Source of the DNA: an uncultured Gemmatimonadaceae bacterium
GTDB taxonomy: Bacteria; Gemmatimonadota; Gemmatimonadetes; Gemmatimonadales; GWC2-71-9
Assembly (NCBI GenBank): GCA_964571795.1
Contig: CAZNDK010000012.1
Span: 2,029-66,028, forward strand
Direction of reading: 5' to 3'
DNA: 64,000 bases
Part shown: positions 61,688 through 64,000 of the stretch, piece by piece
How positions within the stretch are numbered: the stretch's first letter is position 1
Layout: each line of letters opens with the position of its first letter
Notes under the pieces: generated by a model
Seen by the model: the letters and a program-made list of their open reading frames with translations, nothing else
Database searches by the model: none
Told to the model about the DNA's origin: nothing
Translations under genes and position numbers: made by a program

Positions 61688-63259
61688 ATGACGCACTGGA
61701 CGCGGTTGCTCGCGCTTGGCCTGTTCGTTCCGACCCTGGCCCTGGCCCAGCAGCCCAAGTCATTGGCGCCGACGGCGACACTGGAGTCCGCCCCGGTCGT
61801 CGGCCTCTCGCTCTCGGACGCGATCAGCACGGCGCTGGCCAAGAATCCCGACTACCAGCAGTGGCTGAACAACGAGGGGCCGTCGAACATGGCGGTCAAG
61901 AGCGCCGTGGCCTCGTTCATCCCGAGCGCCAGCGTCTCGGGCGGGTTCAACTACACCGGGTCCGGGTCCTCGAACTTCGGCGGGACCAACGTCATCAAGA
62001 CTTCCGCCTCCATCGGCTCCAGCTACGCGCTGGACCTGTCCTGGGGGCTCGACAGCCGCATCCTGACGGCCCCGGGGCAGACCAAGGCGAACCACCGCGC
62101 CACCCAGCAGCAGATCGACGCGGCGAACGTGCAGCTGCGATCGCTGGTTCTGGTGCAGTACCTCAACGTGCTGCAGACCAACGCGCGGATCGACGTCGTG
62201 ACCCAGCAGACCAAGCGCAACCAGGTCTTCCTCGACCTGGCCCGGGCCCGCTACCAGGTGGGCCAGGCGACCATGCTCGACGTCCGCCAGGCCGAGGTCA
62301 CGCTGGGCCAGTCCAACGTGGACCTGCTCGTGGCCAAGCAGCAGAACGCCGACGCCCGGCTCGAGCTCTACCGGCTGATGGGCGTCTCGGCGCCGGCCGC
62401 GCTGGAAGAGGTCGTGCTCACCGATTCGTTCCCGGTGGTGGCCCCCGCGTACAAGTTGGACAGCCTGCTCGCGCTGGCCGCCGAGGTCAATCCGAACCTG
62501 CTGGCCGCCGCCGCGGCGTCGGAGGCAAGCGGCTACGAAGTGACCGCGGTCAAGGGCGAGTACTTCCCCTCCCTGACGGCGGGCGCCCGGTGGAGCGGCT
62601 ACACCCAGCAGTACACCGACGAGAACTCGCTCATCAACCAGGCCTACTCGAGCGCGTCGGCCTCGGCGGCCAACTGCGCCTTCCAGAACGACATCATCCG
62701 GGGGCTCACCTACGGACCGGGCGGGATGCCCGGCTACCCGAACGGCGGCATCATCCCCGACTGCAATACGTACGCGGGGCTCAACCCGGCGGGCACGGCG
62801 CTCGACCCGGCGGTCTCGCAGCAGATCGTCTCCGCCAACGACGTCTTCCCGTTCGACTTCACGACGACGCCGTTCCAGCTCTTCGCCGGCCTCTCGCTCC
62901 CGATCTTCAACGGCCTGCAGCGCGAGACCCGCGTGTCCGAGGCCAAGGCCCGCCGTGACGACGCGACCGAGCAGCTGCGTGCGCAGTCGTTGCTGGTCCG
63001 CACCCAGGTGACCAGCCGCTACCTGGCCATCAGCGCCACGTACGAGGCGATCGGCGTGGCCGAGGCCAACCGGGTGGCGGCGGCCGACCAGCTGCGCCTG
63101 GCGCAGGACCGCTACCGGCTGGGCAACGGCACCGCGCTCGAACTCTCGGACTCCGAGGGCGCGGTGCAGCGGGCCGAGGGCACCTACGTCGATGCCGTGT
63201 TCGCGTATCACAAGGCCGTGGCCGCGCTGGAAGAGGCGGTCGGGCGTCCCCTTCGTTAA
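61688..63259 (+). CDS. tolC: TolC family outer-membrane efflux protein
   Basis: ORF 61619-63259. ATG 61688 gives the signal peptide MTHWTRLLALGLFVPTLALAQ. Two TolC repeats: LSLSDAISTALAKNPDYQQ... and ...LELSDSEGAVQRAEGTYVDAVFAYHKAVAALEEAVG. Confidence 0.88.
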   Translation: MTHWTRLLALGLFVPTLALAQQPKSLAPTATLESAPVVGLSLSDAISTALAKNPDYQQWLNNEGPSNMAVKSAVASFIPSASVSGGFNYTGSGSSNFGGTNVIKTSASIGSSYALDLSWGLDSRILTAPGQTKANHRATQQQIDAANVQLRSLVLVQYLNVLQTNARIDVVTQQTKRNQVFLDLARARYQVGQATMLDVRQAEVTLGQSNVDLLVAKQQNADARLELYRLMGVSAPAALEEVVLTDSFPVVAPAYKLDSLLALAAEVNPNLLAAAAASEASGYEVTAVKGEYFPSLTAGARWSGYTQQYTDENSLINQAYSSASASAANCAFQNDIIRGLTYGPGGMPGYPNGGIIPDCNTYAGLNPAGTALDPAVSQQIVSANDVFPFDFTTTPFQLFAGLSLPIFNGLQRETRVSEAKARRDDATEQLRAQSLLVRTQVTSRYLAISATYEAIGVAEANRVAAADQLRLAQDRYRLGNGTALELSDSEGAVQRAEGTYVDAVFAYHKAVAALEEAVGRPLR

Positions 63260-63273
63260 TCCCGAGGATGCAC

Positions 63274-64000
63274 ATGTCACGTCGCACCAAGTTCGGACTC
63301 TTCGCCGCCATCGTCATCGTCGTGGCCGGCGGCCTCTTCCTGGCGGCGGCGAACCGCGACAAGTCGGCCACCGAGGTCCGGCTGGACACGGTCAAGCCCC
63401 AGGATCTCGTGGCCTCGGTCACGGCCAGCGGCCGGATCGAGCCGCAGACGAAGGTGGACATCAGCGCGGACATCACCGGCCGCATCACGCAGATCGCCGT
63501 CAAGGAGGGCGACTGGGTCAAGAAGGGGCAGTTCCTGCTCCAGATCGATCCGGCGCAGTACGAGGCGGCGGTGGCGCGGATGACCGCCCTGCTCTCGGCC
63601 TCCACGGCGTCGCAGGTGCAGGCCACCGCCAACTATGAACAGGCGGAGCGCACCGTCCGGCGCGCCAAGGACCTCAGCACGTCGAGCCCGAACCTGATCT
63701 CGACCGAGGCGGTCGAGCAGGCCCAGACGGCGTTCGAGGTGGCCAAGGCCAACCTGAACGCGGCCAACGCCCAGATGGCGCAGAACCGCGCCTCGCTGCA
63801 GGACGCCCAGGACCAGCTGGCCAAGACCCGGCTGATTTCCCCGATCGACGGCCGGGTCACGAGGCTCAACGTCGAGGTCGGCGAAGTCGCGGTTCCCGGC
63901 ACCTTTTCCAAGGAGACGGCGCTCCTCATGACCGTCGCCGACCTGTCGGTCATCCTGGCCAAGGTCCAGGTGGACGAGACCGACGTGGTGCGGCTGGCCA
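63274..64000 (+). CDS. Efflux periplasmic adaptor (HlyD/MacA-like), 3' end beyond the right window edge
   Basis: Not in the ORF track because there is no stop in the window. My translation from ATG 63274 (GAGGA upstream) reads MSRRTKFGLFAAIVIVVAGGLFLAAANRDKSATEVRLDTVKPQDLVASVTASGRIEPQTKVDISADITGRITQIAVKEGDWVKKGQFLLQIDPAQYEAAV..., followed by a coiled-coil hairpin and ...LISPIDGRVTRLNVEVGE. Confidence 0.85.
   Translation, partial: MSRRTKFGLFAAIVIVVAGGLFLAAANRDKSATEVRLDTVKPQDLVASVTASGRIEPQTKVDISADITGRITQIAVKEGDWVKKGQFLLQIDPAQYEAAVARMTALLSASTASQVQATANYEQAERTVRRAKDLSTSSPNLISTEAVEQAQTAFEVAKANLNAANAQMAQNRASLQDAQDQLAKTRLISPIDGRVTRLNVEVGEVAVPGTFSKETALLMTVADLSVILAKVQVDETDVVRLA

Noticed and set aside
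61760-63280. 506-aa minus-strand ORF and 61861-62958 (+) overlapping tolC
   Set aside because: The antisense and alternative frames have junk composition. The sense frame has a signal peptide and TolC repeats.

Overview
Very GC-rich bacterial chromosomal window (G/C at almost every third codon position), densely coding. I call 56 protein-coding genes, two of them cut by the window edges. I see no rRNA, tRNA or CRISPR array, no transposase or integrase, and no mobile-element boundaries. The ORF track also holds many long Arg/Pro/Gly/Ala-rich ORFs antisense to, or out of frame with, clearly homologous genes. I treat these as high-GC artefacts (see rejected list).

Gene order, left to right:
- czcD divergent from a small Cys protein plus czcCBA (heavy-metal efflux)
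- korBA (2-oxoacid:ferredoxin oxidoreductase), ychF, a BI-1/YccA protein, a MOSC protein
- rpsF-rpsR-membrane protein-rplI
- a Dak2+DegV (FakA/FakB-like) fusion, rsfS
- a 1097-aa HExxH peptidase / PD40 propeller / Omp85 barrel fusion
- a SPOR lipoprotein, smc, DAHP synthase, a LolA-like protein
- a tightly overlapped minus-strand run: rpmE-prfA-prmC-ylbF-like-tmk-S41 peptidase-DUF2520
- Crp-family regulator, MBL hydrolase, CsgG/LpoB-like protein
- yajQ-SpoIID-oxidoreductase-DUF4105 (Lnb-like), a short RpoD-type sigma factor, an aldehyde dehydrogenase
- a LarE-like / membrane protein / sigma54 response regulator / membrane protein operon
- arfB, an M16 peptidase
- a small His/Cys protein + TonB-dependent receptor + His-rich lipoprotein module, comM/yifB
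- three tandem DUF2911 paralogs + a Cys-rich Tat-signal protein + a 1327-aa polytopic histidine kinase
- a creatininase-family protein, an exported hypothetical, TolC, and the start of a MacA-like adaptor

The gene content (short sigma factor without region 1.1, Lnb-like protein, PD40/Omp85 proteins, DUF2911 expansion, high GC) suggests Gemmatimonadota or a related FCB-group organism. That is inference only.

Most interesting points:
1. The kinase / Cys-rich Tat protein / 3x DUF2911 cluster.
2. Two paralogous small CxC proteins, one heading an efflux operon and one preceding a TonB-receptor uptake module.
3. The single-chain Dak2-DegV protein.
4. The peptidase-propeller-Omp85 fusion.
5. A recurring TAnnnT box 5-7 nt upstream of start codons (leaderless-type promoters), including a perfect 13-bp palindrome that supplies -10 boxes to two divergent genes.

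All functional calls rest on my own motif and family recognition. No database search was run.
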